In this document: positions 20,652 through 32,200 of the stretch, in pieces
How the letters are laid out: each line of letters starts with the position of its first letter
How positions within the stretch are numbered: the stretch's first letter is position 1
Source of the DNA: Candidatus Parcubacteria bacterium
GTDB lineage: Bacteria > Patescibacteriota > Patescibacteriia > CAIXNZ01
Direction of reading: 5' to 3'
Assembly: GCA_026395685.1 (NCBI GenBank)
Contig: JAPLYG010000007.1
Location: 1 to 54,994, forward strand
Length of the DNA stretch: 54,994 nt
Translations under genes and position numbers: made by a program
The notes under the pieces: generated by a model
What the model saw: the letters and a program-made list of their open reading frames with translations, nothing else
Databases searched by the model: none
Told to the model about the DNA's origin: nothing

Positions 20652-21431
20652 ATGCTAGCAAAACAGCTTCAAGGTTTGGGCTTTACGGAAAAAGAAGCCA
20701 GAATTTATGTCGGCCTTTTGGAATTAGGCGAGTCCGCACCCTCCCAATTATCACAAAAGACGGGAATAAATCGCGCGACTGTTTACGTAACCCTGGAAAG
20801 CCTGCAAAAACGGCACTTAGTAAGCAAAATTGAAAAACATAAAAAAATTGTTTTTAGCATTGAGCATCCTTTGCAGATTCTGGATCATCTGGAACGAGAG
20901 AAAAATAATGTGGAAATAAAAATCAATCTGGCCAAGACTTTAATGCCGGAACTGGAAATGCTGGAAAAAGTTACCGGTGAAAAAGCCAGGGTAAAATTTT
21001 ATGAAGGCAAAGAGGGTATAGCTATAATGCAAAATGATTTTGTGCGTTCCAATCCGAAGGAATGGCTAGAAATATATAATTTAAATATTGCGCTCAAGCA
21101 TTTTCCGGTTTCAAAGAATGATCATCGTCAGATAATAAGAAAGAAAAAATTAGGAGGCAGGGCTATCGCAATCTATGATCCCAAAATTCCTATTCCGTTT
21201 ATTCCCCCCTTTCCTAATGCGGAAAGAAGATATTTGCCCCTAAATAAATTTCAAGTACCTTTTAATGCGGATATTTCTATATATAATGATAAGGCTGTTT
21301 TTATATCTTATCAGGGGAAACTCATGGCAGTAGTAGTCCAAAATAAAGCAATAGTGAATGGTTTAAGGTTTTTATTTGAGCTAGCCTGGCAGGGAGCAGA
21401 CAAATTTGCTGAAATAAAAAAAGGACTCTAG
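20652..21431 (+). CDS. TrmB family transcriptional regulator
   Basis: LGFTEKEARIYVGLL…TGINRATVY.TLESL HTH; VKFYEGKEGI. Confidence 0.88.
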   Translation: MLAKQLQGLGFTEKEARIYVGLLELGESAPSQLSQKTGINRATVYVTLESLQKRHLVSKIEKHKKIVFSIEHPLQILDHLEREKNNVEIKINLAKTLMPELEMLEKVTGEKARVKFYEGKEGIAIMQNDFVRSNPKEWLEIYNLNIALKHFPVSKNDHRQIIRKKKLGGRAIAIYDPKIPIPFIPPFPNAERRYLPLNKFQVPFNADISIYNDKAVFISYQGKLMAVVVQNKAIVNGLRFLFELAWQGADKFAEIKKGL

Positions 21432-21986
21432 GCTGGGGAAGCATAGAGTCATTATTAAAGGCGGGGGTAGAGAAAAATTAGATTAGGGTTATATTTAGAA
21501 AAAGCAACGTTCATTGTTTCTCCTTCGGGTAAGTTATATGGTTTTTGGAAATTTTGCTGAACACTTTTTATTTTAAGGAAATATCTATCATTAGTTTTGC
21601 GTAAAAACGAAACTAACAAAGCAATATAGTTAGCTGCCTTCTTGGCAATGCGCGATTGGTCGTAACATCCATCTTCGGTAAACAGGAACTCCGTCAACAG
21701 TAGAATTGTTAATCAAATTCCCTCTGATAGACATTTTTCTCCATTTAATTTAGGTTGAATAAACTAAATGAAATTCCAACTTATTAGAAGTTGGGCTGCT
21801 GCCTATTTTGATTAACTTCTGGTGATCTCACCCCCTTGTTTCAAGATTCAAAGAACAATTGTTCTCTACCAATATTATAGCAAGAAATCGGCAATGGCTG
21901 GTTGTGGATAAAGTCACGGATTTAACAAATTGGCAAATTTTTAGTATAATATAGATAACAAAAAAGTGAATAAATCCCAATAAATT

Positions 21987-22469
21987 ATGGAAGATAAAAC
22001 TCCTGTATTTTTTACTAGTTTTGATGATTTAAAGCAGAAGCTTAAAGACGATCAATATAAAGATCAGTCTGTTTTTAGCCGTTTAAATAAAGATGAATTA
22101 GAACCTGAAGCCAATTGGTTTAATGAAGATTATGAAGGGGAACTCTCGGTTGATGTATATCAGGAAGGTAAAAATTTGGTTGTTAAAGCCGCAATTGCCG
22201 GCGTTAAGCCGGAAGATTTGGAAATTTATATTCATAATGATCTGCTAACGATCAGAGGAAAAAGGGAAAGTGAAGAGGAGGAAACAACTCCTGGATATTT
22301 TTATCAGGAATGTTATTGGGGCGGATTTTCCCGCTCGATTCTTCTGCCGGTTGAGGTGCAGGTAGATAGCGTAGAAGCAATTTTAAAAAATGGAATATTG
22401 AAAATAGTGATGCCGATTGCCAATAGGTCAAAACTAGTCAATGTAAACGTTAAGGTAAGGGAAAATTAA
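21987..22469 (+). CDS. Hsp20/alpha-crystallin small heat-shock protein
   Basis: VDVYQE, GVKPEDL, ECYWGGFSRSILLP, LKNGILKI. Confidence 0.92.
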   Translation: MEDKTPVFFTSFDDLKQKLKDDQYKDQSVFSRLNKDELEPEANWFNEDYEGELSVDVYQEGKNLVVKAAIAGVKPEDLEIYIHNDLLTIRGKRESEEEETTPGYFYQECYWGGFSRSILLPVEVQVDSVEAILKNGILKIVMPIANRSKLVNVNVKVREN

Positions 22470-22471
22470 TT

Positions 22472-22702
22472 ATGCCTGAGCTAACAGCGATTATTGACCG
22501 GTTTGAGGGGGAATATGCTGTTTTAATTTTAACAGACGGGCAAATCCTAAACGTTTACAGAAATTTTCTTGATAAAAATTCCAGAGAAGGTGATCAGGTG
22601 ATATTAACTTTAAATAGCAGTTCAAAGAAAAATATTAAGGGGGAAAAGAAAATTAGGCAGCTTTTAGCTGAATTAACACATAAAGATCATGAAAATTCTT
22701 GA
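22472..22702 (+). CDS. DUF3006-like protein
   Basis: IIDRFEGEYAVL…REGD. Confidence 0.75.
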   Translation: MPELTAIIDRFEGEYAVLILTDGQILNVYRNFLDKNSREGDQVILTLNSSSKKNIKGEKKIRQLLAELTHKDHENS

Positions 22703-24560
22703 TATCCTGGGATTACAAAAGAAAACAGAACCGGCGCCGAAGAGGTTTCAATTAATAACCGCTTTTTTTATTTTAGCGGCTGTTTTGGTTTTATTTGTCA
22801 TTCCTTTTATTACCTATGAAGTAATGTATAAAGATAAGATTTATTCCGGTGTTTATATAGACGGCATCAATATCGGCGGCTTGAATAAGGCTGAAGCGAC
22901 TAAGGAGCTTTATCGAAATTACGATGCCGTAAAACGCAACGGTTTTACTTTTGTTTATAATAATCAGAATTATTATATTGCGACAACTTCTGTTTCTCCC
23001 AGCGATCCAGATTTAGCGCGGGAAATATTATCCATGCCGATTGAAGATATGGTCGGCACCGCATATGAATATGGACGCCGGGGAACTATTGCCGATAGGG
23101 TCAGAGAGCAGGTGGTCGCCTTAATCAATAAATCCAAATTTACCTTGCTATACACTTTAGATGAAGCGGAATTAAAGAATTTATTGCTGGAAAATTTTAA
23201 TAAATTTGAAAAGCCTGCTCAAGATGCCAGGATTTCCTTTATTGACGGCAATGTCTTTGAAATTCTGCCAGAAAATGACGGCTATATTATTGATTATGAT
23301 CAGGCGATTAATGATTTGAAGAAAAATATCAATTTAATCGCAATCAATCCCGTCCAGGTAGAAACTTTACAGTCATCTGCCAATGTGCGCAAGACAGAAG
23401 CTGAAGTTTTATCGGCTCAAGTGAAAGAAATACTTGCCCTAAATAATTTGAAATTAAAATATCAGGATAAAAGCTGGACCATTGCCAACAGCGAATTTAA
23501 AAATTGGGTGGAATTCAACCGGCAGGATTCTGTGGTTTATCTGCAGTTCAATCCGGAGCGTTTAAATGAAAAGCTTGATTTGTTGGCGCAGGAAATAAAT
23601 GTCTTGCCTCAGGATGCCAAGTTTGTAATGGCTGAAAATAAAGTTACTGAATTTAAGCCGGCCATGCCCGGACTGGAAGTTGATAAAGAGGTAACCGTCA
23701 GTAAAATTAACCAGGAATTCATTGTTGATAAAAAAGAGGAGATTGAACTGGCCGTGAAAGTATCTGAACCCAAAATCAAAACAGTTGATTCTAATACTTT
23801 GGGTATTAAGGAACTGATCGGCAAAGGCGTTTCTGATTTCGCGGGCAGCCACACCAACAGAATTTTAAATATAAAAAATGCGGTTGAGCATTTAAACGGC
23901 ATTATTATTCCGACCGGAGAATTTTCCATTGTTGATGCTATCGGAGAGGTGACTGCGGAAACAGGTTATTATCCAGAATATGTCATTAAAGGGGATCGCA
24001 CAATCAAAGAATACGGCGGAGGTTTATGTCAGATCGGCACCACAATGTTTCGAGCTGCTTTGTATAGCGGTATGCCGATAACTGAAAGGCGTCCCCATTC
24101 CTATATTGTTTCTTATTACAAACCCTTGGGTATGGATGCTACGATTTACGGTCCGCATCCGGATTTGAGGTTTATCAATGATACCGGCAATAATATTTTA
24201 TTGCAGATCAAAATTGAAGGCACAATTTTGACTTTTGAATTCTGGGGAACCGGGGACAATAGAAAAATTGAAATCACTGATCCCGTGCTTTATAACTGGA
24301 CAGCACAGCCGCCTGACAAGCTGATTGAAAATAAGGATTTAAAGCCTGGAGCCAAGATTCTGAAAGAACAAGGCCGCCGCGGCGCTGACGCTCATTTTTA
24401 CCGCTACATCACCAAAGCTGACGGCACTAAAAATGAAGAAATTTTCCGCAGTCACTATGTGGCCTGGCCCAATATATATGAAGTCGGAATTACGCCTGAA
24501 GCACCTGCCGAAGGATCCGCAGAAGGGGCAACTAATACTAATATAAATACCAGTCAATAA
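22689..24560 (+). CDS. VanW family protein with putative peptidoglycan-binding repeats and G5-like C-terminus
   Basis: TM anchor, IYSGVYIDGINIGGL, YGGGLCQIGTTMFRAA, ERRPHSY, GMDATI. Confidence 0.88.
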   Translation: MKILDILGLQKKTEPAPKRFQLITAFFILAAVLVLFVIPFITYEVMYKDKIYSGVYIDGINIGGLNKAEATKELYRNYDAVKRNGFTFVYNNQNYYIATTSVSPSDPDLAREILSMPIEDMVGTAYEYGRRGTIADRVREQVVALINKSKFTLLYTLDEAELKNLLLENFNKFEKPAQDARISFIDGNVFEILPENDGYIIDYDQAINDLKKNINLIAINPVQVETLQSSANVRKTEAEVLSAQVKEILALNNLKLKYQDKSWTIANSEFKNWVEFNRQDSVVYLQFNPERLNEKLDLLAQEINVLPQDAKFVMAENKVTEFKPAMPGLEVDKEVTVSKINQEFIVDKKEEIELAVKVSEPKIKTVDSNTLGIKELIGKGVSDFAGSHTNRILNIKNAVEHLNGIIIPTGEFSIVDAIGEVTAETGYYPEYVIKGDRTIKEYGGGLCQIGTTMFRAALYSGMPITERRPHSYIVSYYKPLGMDATIYGPHPDLRFINDTGNNILLQIKIEGTILTFEFWGTGDNRKIEITDPVLYNWTAQPPDKLIENKDLKPGAKILKEQGRRGADAHFYRYITKADGTKNEEIFRSHYVAWPNIYEVGITPEAPAEGSAEGATNTNINTSQ

Positions 24561-24780
24561 GAAAATAAAAATCGCTTCCTCGGAAAGGAGGCGGTTTTTT
24601 TGTCTACGTTGGCTGGAAACCGATCCCAGCTCTGTCTTGTCTTATCCCCACCCCCCCCATTAATTTTGCAGTTATGTTATACTATTTACAATAGGCAATT
24701 GGCTTGTTTATAGTTTAATAGATGCTAAAAGACAATCCTTTTTATAAAATTTTTAAATTTATTAAAACTAATTAATCGAA

Positions 24781-26247
24781 ATGAGAAATCAAACTTCAAC
24801 AAAAAGTAAAATTGCGTCGGATGTCGATGTGCAACTTGCCATTGCTACGGCTGTCCTCCTCGGAGTCAGCGCTCTGGCTTTTTTAATTATGCCGGCATTG
24901 AATCTAAAATCCAGTGACAATATAAATTTTGTAATTAATGAGCCTTCAAATGGTTGCTACGGATTAATGGGCGACCTAAATGGAAACGGGGTACTTGATG
25001 AAGATGACCAGGCAATGATCGCAGCAATTATCTCAGGAACCGCATCATTTAATCCATGTGCAGACTTGGAGGGTAGTGACGGTATTATTGGTCCCGGGGA
25101 TTTAGCAGTCTTTAAAACAGTAAGAATAAAACAGGATACCCCGTTGTGTACTGATTCTGACGGAGGCAGAGAATATTTTACGAGCGGAAGTGTAACCTCG
25201 TTTTTCCCGTCTCAAAATCAATATGAATCCATAAATGATGTCTGTCGAAACACTACTGACGGAGGGGATATAGCTACAGGCAAATTTTTGATTGAAGGGA
25301 CATGTGAAGAAAACGGTGGAACTGGGGTTATGAAAATAGCCTACGAATGCCCCAATGGGTGTAAAAATGGAGCTTGCATACCCTCAGTTGGCGATACCAG
25401 AAAATTTCTTTGCCAGCCTAAGCCGAAAGGCACAGATTGGAATACTGTAGGAGAATATACCCAGACCTGGACAGGCGCCACAAAGTGGCAACCGATAGGA
25501 TCTGCACCTCAATATAATACTGAACCAAGCGCTACTTCCTGCCGCTATATATGCGCGTCAGACTATCAATTGAATGAAGAGACTGGACAATGTTTACCAA
25601 TTCCACTATCTCAAACTTTATCCTGTGGTTATTTATTTCCAGGAGAGGAATGGATTGGCGACAGTACTTATGTATCAACATGGAATGGAACAGAATTTCT
25701 TCCTATTTATACAAAGACTTATAATTTAACTCCCGGCACTTGCAATTTTAAATGCATATCAAATTATGTTTATGATAATAGCTATGGGAAGTGCAAACCA
25801 AGTGGTCAAACAAGAAAGTTTTTTTGTGGAGCAAAACCAGCTAACACTGTTTGGAGTTATCCTGGTAGTTCTGTCAGTTATAAATATTATGTACAAGGCC
25901 TAAATACAGCTACAAACTTATGGGTACCAGTGGCAACGCCTACTATTTATGCCACGATCGGAACAGAATATGATTGTAATTATAAATGTAGTCCTGGGTA
26001 TATTACGATCCATGGTTTATGTATTTCAAGCGGCCCTGCTCCGATAACTAATATATATTATTGTGGTAGCTTGCCGGAAAATGCGGAATGGAATTCCGTT
26101 GGGAATTATACCCAGCAATGGAGCGGAACATCATGGGTACCTCCAGTAGCCATCCCGACCTATAGTACAACTTCTAGTAACCAAAGCTGCAACTATAAAT
26201 GTAAATCCGGCTTTGTTTGGGACGGTGGAACTTGTAAAAGTCAATAG
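24781..26247 (+). CDS. Surface protein with dockerin-like Ca-binding loop and Cys/Trp-rich repeats
   Basis: TM helix, GDLNGNGVLDEDD, CTDSDGG, about four ~70-aa repeats (C..KP..T.W…YTQ.W.G..W.P…C.Y.C). Confidence 0.75.
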   Translation: MRNQTSTKSKIASDVDVQLAIATAVLLGVSALAFLIMPALNLKSSDNINFVINEPSNGCYGLMGDLNGNGVLDEDDQAMIAAIISGTASFNPCADLEGSDGIIGPGDLAVFKTVRIKQDTPLCTDSDGGREYFTSGSVTSFFPSQNQYESINDVCRNTTDGGDIATGKFLIEGTCEENGGTGVMKIAYECPNGCKNGACIPSVGDTRKFLCQPKPKGTDWNTVGEYTQTWTGATKWQPIGSAPQYNTEPSATSCRYICASDYQLNEETGQCLPIPLSQTLSCGYLFPGEEWIGDSTYVSTWNGTEFLPIYTKTYNLTPGTCNFKCISNYVYDNSYGKCKPSGQTRKFFCGAKPANTVWSYPGSSVSYKYYVQGLNTATNLWVPVATPTIYATIGTEYDCNYKCSPGYITIHGLCISSGPAPITNIYYCGSLPENAEWNSVGNYTQQWSGTSWVPPVAIPTYSTTSSNQSCNYKCKSGFVWDGGTCKSQ

Positions 26248-26264
26248 CAGTATTTATAACCTAA

Positions 26265-26292
26265 AAAAAGAACCCCTCGGGGTTCTTTTTTT
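26265..26292. terminator. Bidirectional intrinsic terminator
   Basis: AAAAAAGAACCCC-TC-GGGGTTCTTTTTT. Confidence 0.75.
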
Positions 26293-26717
26293 GTCGGCAA
26301 GACCTTGATAGGCATCGCCTAAGCGGGCATAGGCAAACGAAAACGGCTCGCTACAAAACAAATGCTTTTTAAACAAAACAAAAAATACTCTGTAAAACAG
26401 AGTATTTTTCTTTCCGAAATCTGCAGACAAGAATATCTGAATAAGGAATAATCTAGCCGGAGCCGGATTGGATCCTTTTTTAGATACCCATGCTTATCGT
26501 GCCTGCAGATTTCGAAAAACAATCAGGTTTGGATTGCTTCCCCAAAGTCGCTCAAATAGATGGTCATGCTGTTTTCAGGGGGAATAGAAACAGCTCTAAC
26601 CGCCAGTTGAGCGATACTTAAACTTATCATAATACAGAAAACTTGTCAATAGGATGACAAGCTTTCTTATTCTTGGCCCCAAAGGGGCCCTTTCAGGGCT
26701 TATTTTAGGGCAGATTA

Positions 26718-27323
26718 TTATTTTATAATTTTATCAATAATGCCATATTTTAGTGCCTCTTCCGCGCTCATAAAATAGTCGCGATCAGAGTCTTTTTCAA
26801 TCTTTTCAATCGGCTGTCCAGTGTGTTTTGCCAAGATAACATTGAGTTTATCTTTGATTTTAAGGATATGTTCTGCTCTGATTTTGATGTCTGTTGCCTG
26901 TCCTTCTGCCCCGCCCATTACCTGGTGAATCATTACTTCGGAATTTGGCAGGCATAAACGCTTACCTTTGGCGCCGGCGCTCAAAAGCACAGCTGCCATA
27001 GAAGCGGCAATGCCTATACAGATTGTTGAAACATCAGGTTTAATGTATTGAATAGTGTCATAAATCGCCAAGCCGTCAGTGACAGATCCGCCCGGTGAAT
27101 TGATATAAAGTTTAATATCTTTTTTGTCATCTTCGCTGGCCAGAAAAAGCAGTTGGGCAATTACAGTATTGGCCACTGCATCATCAATCGGAGAACCAAG
27201 GAAAATTATCCGTTCCTTTAAAAGACGGGAATAAATATCATAGGCGCGTTCGCCCATGGATGATTTTTCCACGACAGTCGGGATTAAGTAATTTTGGGTT
27301 TCTTGGGTATTTTTTTTAGTCAT
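26718..27323 (-). CDS. clpP: ATP-dependent Clp protease proteolytic subunit
   Basis: [33 protein letters not shown]. Confidence 0.97.
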   Translation of the reverse strand: MTKKNTQETQNYLIPTVVEKSSMGERAYDIYSRLLKERIIFLGSPIDDAVANTVIAQLLFLASEDDKKDIKLYINSPGGSVTDGLAIYDTIQYIKPDVSTICIGIAASMAAVLLSAGAKGKRLCLPNSEVMIHQVMGGAEGQATDIKIRAEHILKIKDKLNVILAKHTGQPIEKIEKDSDRDYFMSAEEALKYGIIDKIIK

Positions 27324-27395
27324 AAAATTTAAATTAAGTATGAAGGCCGAAGTATGAAGTCTAAAGTATTAAATTTGGCTTTCGGCCTTCGGCCT

Positions 27396-28397
27396 TCAGA
27401 CTTCGGACTTCTTTAGTTTTGTAATTATAGCATTTATAATAAAATTTTTCCAATCAGTATCTGCGCTTAAAGCCGTAATATCGATTTTAAAACCGGCTGC
27501 TTTTCTATGCCCGCCCCCTCCCATTTTCTGGGCAATTTCCGCCATATCAATTTCGTCCCTTACAGTTCTCAGACTCACTTTAATTTGATTATTATCTTCT
27601 TCAGTCATAACAATGATAAAGTTTACATCCTGAATTAGACTTAAAAAATTTGCCATGCCGTCAAGGCTTTCCGGTGAGGTAATTTGGCATTCCTCCAAAT
27701 CTTTTTTCGCAATGGCCGTAAAGGCAAAGTTGTATTCCGGATTGTGTTCCAAACGATACAGTATTTTGCCCCAAAGCTTTAAAGCGTCAATATTTTTATT
27801 TTGGCTGATGCTGGAAATTATCTGGTTAATGCGGGCGCCCAGATTTAATAATTCCGAGGCTATTTTGAGGCTGTCATTTGTGGTCGCCGCATTAGTAAAA
27901 TTCATAGTATCCGTAATGATTCCGGTTAATAAATTGGTAGCCATATATTTATCAATTTCTATCTGATGTGCCTGGAAAAAATCGTAAAGAATTTCGCTGG
28001 TAGAAGATGCCTGGGGGACGACCAAATTAAGGTGGCCGAAATTATTATTACTTTGATGATGATCGATATTGATCAGGGTAATATTATATTTTTTTATTTC
28101 CTCAAAGATTCCAGTACGTTCAATGGCGCCACAGTCAACGGTAATAATTAAATCGTGATCAATGATATTTAATAATGCTAAATCAGTAATTAAATTTTCA
28201 ATTTTTGGCAGATAAGAAAAATAATTGGCAGGCTTATCGACGCAGAAGTGTTTATGAACTTTTTGAGTATTTGCTAAGAATCGAGACAAGGCTAAACTGG
28301 CGCCCAAAGTGTCTCCATCTGGCTTTTCATGGCAAATGATAAGCGGATTTTTTGCCTCAATAATAGCATTAAGAATGCTTTTCGTCTGTACCGTCAT
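27396..28397 (-). CDS. nrnA: DHH/DHHA1 phosphoesterase (NrnA-like oligoribonuclease)
   Basis: HEKPDGD, VDCG, IDHH, GGGGHRKAAG; follows rbfA. Confidence 0.88.
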   Translation of the reverse strand: MTVQTKSILNAIIEAKNPLIICHEKPDGDTLGASLALSRFLANTQKVHKHFCVDKPANYFSYLPKIENLITDLALLNIIDHDLIITVDCGAIERTGIFEEIKKYNITLINIDHHQSNNNFGHLNLVVPQASSTSEILYDFFQAHQIEIDKYMATNLLTGIITDTMNFTNAATTNDSLKIASELLNLGARINQIISSISQNKNIDALKLWGKILYRLEHNPEYNFAFTAIAKKDLEECQITSPESLDGMANFLSLIQDVNFIIVMTEEDNNQIKVSLRTVRDEIDMAEIAQKMGGGGHRKAAGFKIDITALSADTDWKNFIINAIITKLKKSEV

Positions 28398-28440
28398 ATA
28401 TATCTAAGTTAGCCATATTAGCAGCTAATGGCTCAGATTA

Positions 28441-28779
28441 TCACTCGGGTTTAATTTCGTCAAGAATTTGGTTAACTTTGTTGGCAAAAATTTCCTGCTC
28501 ATCGATTTGGAAAGTGAGGTTGGGGATGAATTTGGTGGTGAGTTCTTTTTTTAATAATTCATGGAGGCGGCGGCTGTTTTTCTGCAGTATTTTTAAAATT
28601 GATCCGCGAATATTTTCCGGAAAGATAGTGACTATGATTTTGGCCACTTTCATGTCCGGAGTCGTATTTACCTCGGTTACAGTTACAAAGGCTTCAGCCG
28701 GCAAATCAATATCCTCCCTGATAAATCGGCCCAGCTCTTGTTTTAGCAATTCATTTATACGTTCAATTCGTTGTGACAT
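28441..28779 (-). CDS. rbfA: Ribosome-binding factor A
   Basis: RIERINELLKQEL, VTVTEV.TTPDMKVAKI, PNLTF..D. Confidence 0.9.
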   Translation of the reverse strand: MSQRIERINELLKQELGRFIREDIDLPAEAFVTVTEVNTTPDMKVAKIIVTIFPENIRGSILKILQKNSRRLHELLKKELTTKFIPNLTFQIDEQEIFANKVNQILDEIKPE

Positions 28780-28797
28780 ATTTTTTAGTTAATAATA

Positions 28798-28975
28798 GGG
28801 TTAAGGTTAAGGTTGAGAGGCTGGAAGGTGGTAAGTGTTTGGGTTAGGAATACTTTCTAGCATCATTACCTTTGCACTTAGGACGAGAGGGTTAGGGTTA
28901 TGGTTAGGAGGCTGGTAGGATGCTGGGTTAAGGTTAGGGTTGAGAGGCTGGAAGGTGATAAGTGTTTAGTTAGGG
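28798..28975. repeat. G/T-skewed repeat tract with GGTTA(A/G) units and a ~48-nt direct repeat
   Basis: GGGTTAAGGTTARGGTTGAGAGGCTGGAAGGTGRTAAGTGTTT at 28798 and 28925. Confidence 0.75.
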
Positions 28976-29086
28976 AAAATAATTAGCTTCAATGTAATTT
29001 TTTGCTAACATTAGCTAATATGACTTAAAAAATGGATTCTAGCTTTAATCTTAGCCTATAATTATACACTAACTGATAATAAACTT

Positions 29087-29116
29087 CTTGACAACCCCTG
29101 AGGCTTTTGTTATCAT
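29087..29116 (+). promoter_or_regulatory. Putative sigma70 promoter of rpoBC
   Basis: TTGACA-N17-TATCAT with extended TG. Confidence 0.6.
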
Positions 29117-29247
29117 AATATCACTAGATGATTTCCCGCTATAGTTTAACAAATAAGCTCAAAATAGTGGGGTTTAATTATACTTCCTAATCAAATATTA
29201 ATTTTTTAAAAACTCGCCATATAAAGACGGGAGGCGAGGTATTTTTT

Positions 29248-32200
29248 ATGTCTAGCAAAAAAACTTCTTCTTCAATTACTACTAATCAACCTACTACCTC
29301 ACTTAGTAAAAGAAAATTTTTTACTAAAGCTCATCAGGCAATGGAAGTGCCTAATCTGGTCGAGGTACAAAGCAATTCCTATCGCTGGTTTTTAAAAGAA
29401 GGATTGCATGAGCTTTTTGATGAAATTTCTCCGATCAAAGATTTTGGCGGACGAAATCTGGAACTTTATTTTAAAGATTATTATTTGGATGAGGCGAAAT
29501 TTGATGAAAAAACTTCGAAAGCCAAAAACATCACCTATGAAGCGCCCTTGCGCGTTAAGGCCTCTTTAGTCAACAAAAAGGATAATACTAAAAAAGAACA
29601 GGAAATATTTTTGGGAGATTTCCCGATCATGACTGATCGCGGTACTTTTATTATTAATGGCATTGAAAGAGCAGTCATTTCTCAAATTATCAGATCAGCC
29701 GGCGTTTTCTTTACTTCTAATTATACCAGAGGCAAAAGATATTATGGGGCAAAAATTATTCCTAATCGCGGTGCTTGGCTGGAAATAGAAACTGATACCA
29801 ATAATATTTTGTGGGTAAAAATTGATCGTAAAAGAAAAGTCGCCCTGACCTCTTTATTAAGGGCTTTCGGCTATTCTTCCGAAGAAGAAATTTTAGCCTT
29901 GTTTAAAGATGTTGATAATAATCCTAATGTAAAATTTATTGCCAATACCCTGACCAAAGATATTGCTAAAAACATGGATGACGGCCTGATTGAAGTATAT
30001 AAAAGAATCAGACCCGGTGATTTGGCTACTGCAGATAATGCCAAGTCTCTGATTTATTCCATGTTTTTTCGTTTTGAACGTTATGATTTGGGCAAAGTCG
30101 GCCGTTATAAAATAAATCAAAGATTTAATTTGGATCTGGCAAATATCCCTGATAATAGAATTTTACGCAAAGAAGATTTGATAAATATTATCAAAGAAAT
30201 TATAAAATTGAATATTTCTCAAGACGACTCTGATGATGTTGACCATTTATCAAACAGGCGCATTCGCGCAGTAGGTGAATTGATCCAAAATAGATTCAGA
30301 ATCGGTTTAGCCCGCATGGAAAGAATCGTCCGCGATAAAATGAGTACCTTGGACATTGAATCAATGACTCCCAGCAAATTAGTAAATGCCAAACCTGTGA
30401 TGGGCGTGGTTAAAGAATTTTTTATGTCTTCACAGCTGTCTCAATTCATGGATCAGGTTAATCCTTTGGCTGAATTAGAGCATAAACGCAGAATTTCAGC
30501 CATGGGTCCGGGCGGTTTATCCAGAGAAAGAGCAGGCTTTGAAGTTCGTGACGTACATACTACTCACTATGGACGCATTTGTCCGATTGCTACTCCGGAA
30601 GGTCCCAATATCGGCTTGGTCGGCCATTTAGCCAGTTATGCAAGAGTTAATGAATATGGCTTTATTGAAACACCTTATCGTATAGTTGAACGCACGGCTT
30701 TAGAAGACATTAAAGATCCGGAGACAAATAAAGTCGCGGTGAAAAAAGGCCAGGTAATTCCCCGAGAAATAATTGATAAATTGCGAGCTAAAAATATTTT
30801 ATTGAAAGCAAAGGCAAGAGTTACAGACAGCATTGTTTATGTAAATGCTTTAAGTGAAGAGCGCTCAGTTACAACTGCCGCCACTACTGAATTAGACGCC
30901 GATGGCTATTTTATTAATGAAAAAGCTGAAGTGCGCAGATTTGGCAAACCCGAAGTTGCTGTTGTAGAGCAGATCGATTATATGGATGTTGCCTCAAATC
31001 AGATTGTAAGTATTTCTACTTCCTGTATTCCATTCTTGGAGCATGATGACGCTGTCCGCGCCTTGATGGGTACAAACATGCAACGTCAGGCCGTGAATTT
31101 AATTCGTCCGGTAACTCCTTATGTCGGAACCGGCATGGAAAAAAATGCCGCACTTTATTCTGGTTATTTGGCAATTAGTTCTCATGACGGCAAGGTAACA
31201 GCTGTCGATGGCAGCGGCATTGAGGTGCTGGAGGATAATGGCGAATTAAAACATTATGATATTTCTAAATTTCAGCGTTCTAACGCCTCAACTTGCATTA
31301 ACGGCCATCCAACCATCAAATTAAACGAACATGTTAAAAAGGGACAAATAATGTCAGATGGTCCTTCTATTACAGACGGTGAATTGGCTTTAGGCCAAAA
31401 TGTTTTAGTCGCTTTCATGGCTTGGCAGGGCTATAACTATGAAGATGCCATCATTATTTCCGAGAGGGTGGTGCAAAAAGATTATTTTACCTCTATTCAT
31501 ATTGAGAATTATCAGGTGGAAGTGCGCGAGACAAAATTAGGGCCCGAATTGATTACTGCTGATATTCCTAATATTGCCGAAGAAAAATTAAAAAATTTGG
31601 ATGAGAATGGAGTTGTCAGAATAGGCGCTGAGGTTTCTTCCGGAGATATTTTAGTCGGTAAAATTACGCCTAAAGGCGAAACTGAATTATCTGCAGAAGA
31701 AAAATTATTGCGTGCAATTTTCGGTGAAAAAGCCCGCGATGTGCGCGACAGCTCATTATATTTAGAGCATGGTGATCACGGCAAAGTAATTGATATAAAA
31801 ATATTTACCCAGGAAAATGGTGATAAGCTTCCGCCGGGAGTTACTCAGATGGTTCAGGTTGCTGTTGCGGATTTAAGAAAAGTACAGATTGGTGATAAAA
31901 TGGCTGGTCGTCATGGTAATAAAGGAATTATTTCTAATGTGGTTCCGGTTGAAGATATGCCGTTTTTAGAAAATGGAACTCCTATAGATATTATTTTAAG
32001 TCCCTTGGGCGTAGTTTCTCGTATGAATTTGGGACAAATTTTAGAAACACATTTAGGTTTAGCAGCCCATAAATTAGGCTTTAAAGTGGCGACTCCGGTA
32101 TTCTATGGCGTAGCCGAATCAAAAATAAAAGAATTGTTAGTTCAGGCAGGATTTCCGGAAAGCGGCAAATTAACTTTATATGATGGCAGGACCGGAGATG

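Noticed and set aside
26336-26394. tmRNA tag-like GCA AAC GAA AAC (ANEN…)
   Set aside because: Peptide does not end in Ala-Ala and there is no tRNA-like domain
28798-28975. CRISPR array
   Set aside because: Only two long repeats in low-complexity sequence, no regular spacers, no cas genes
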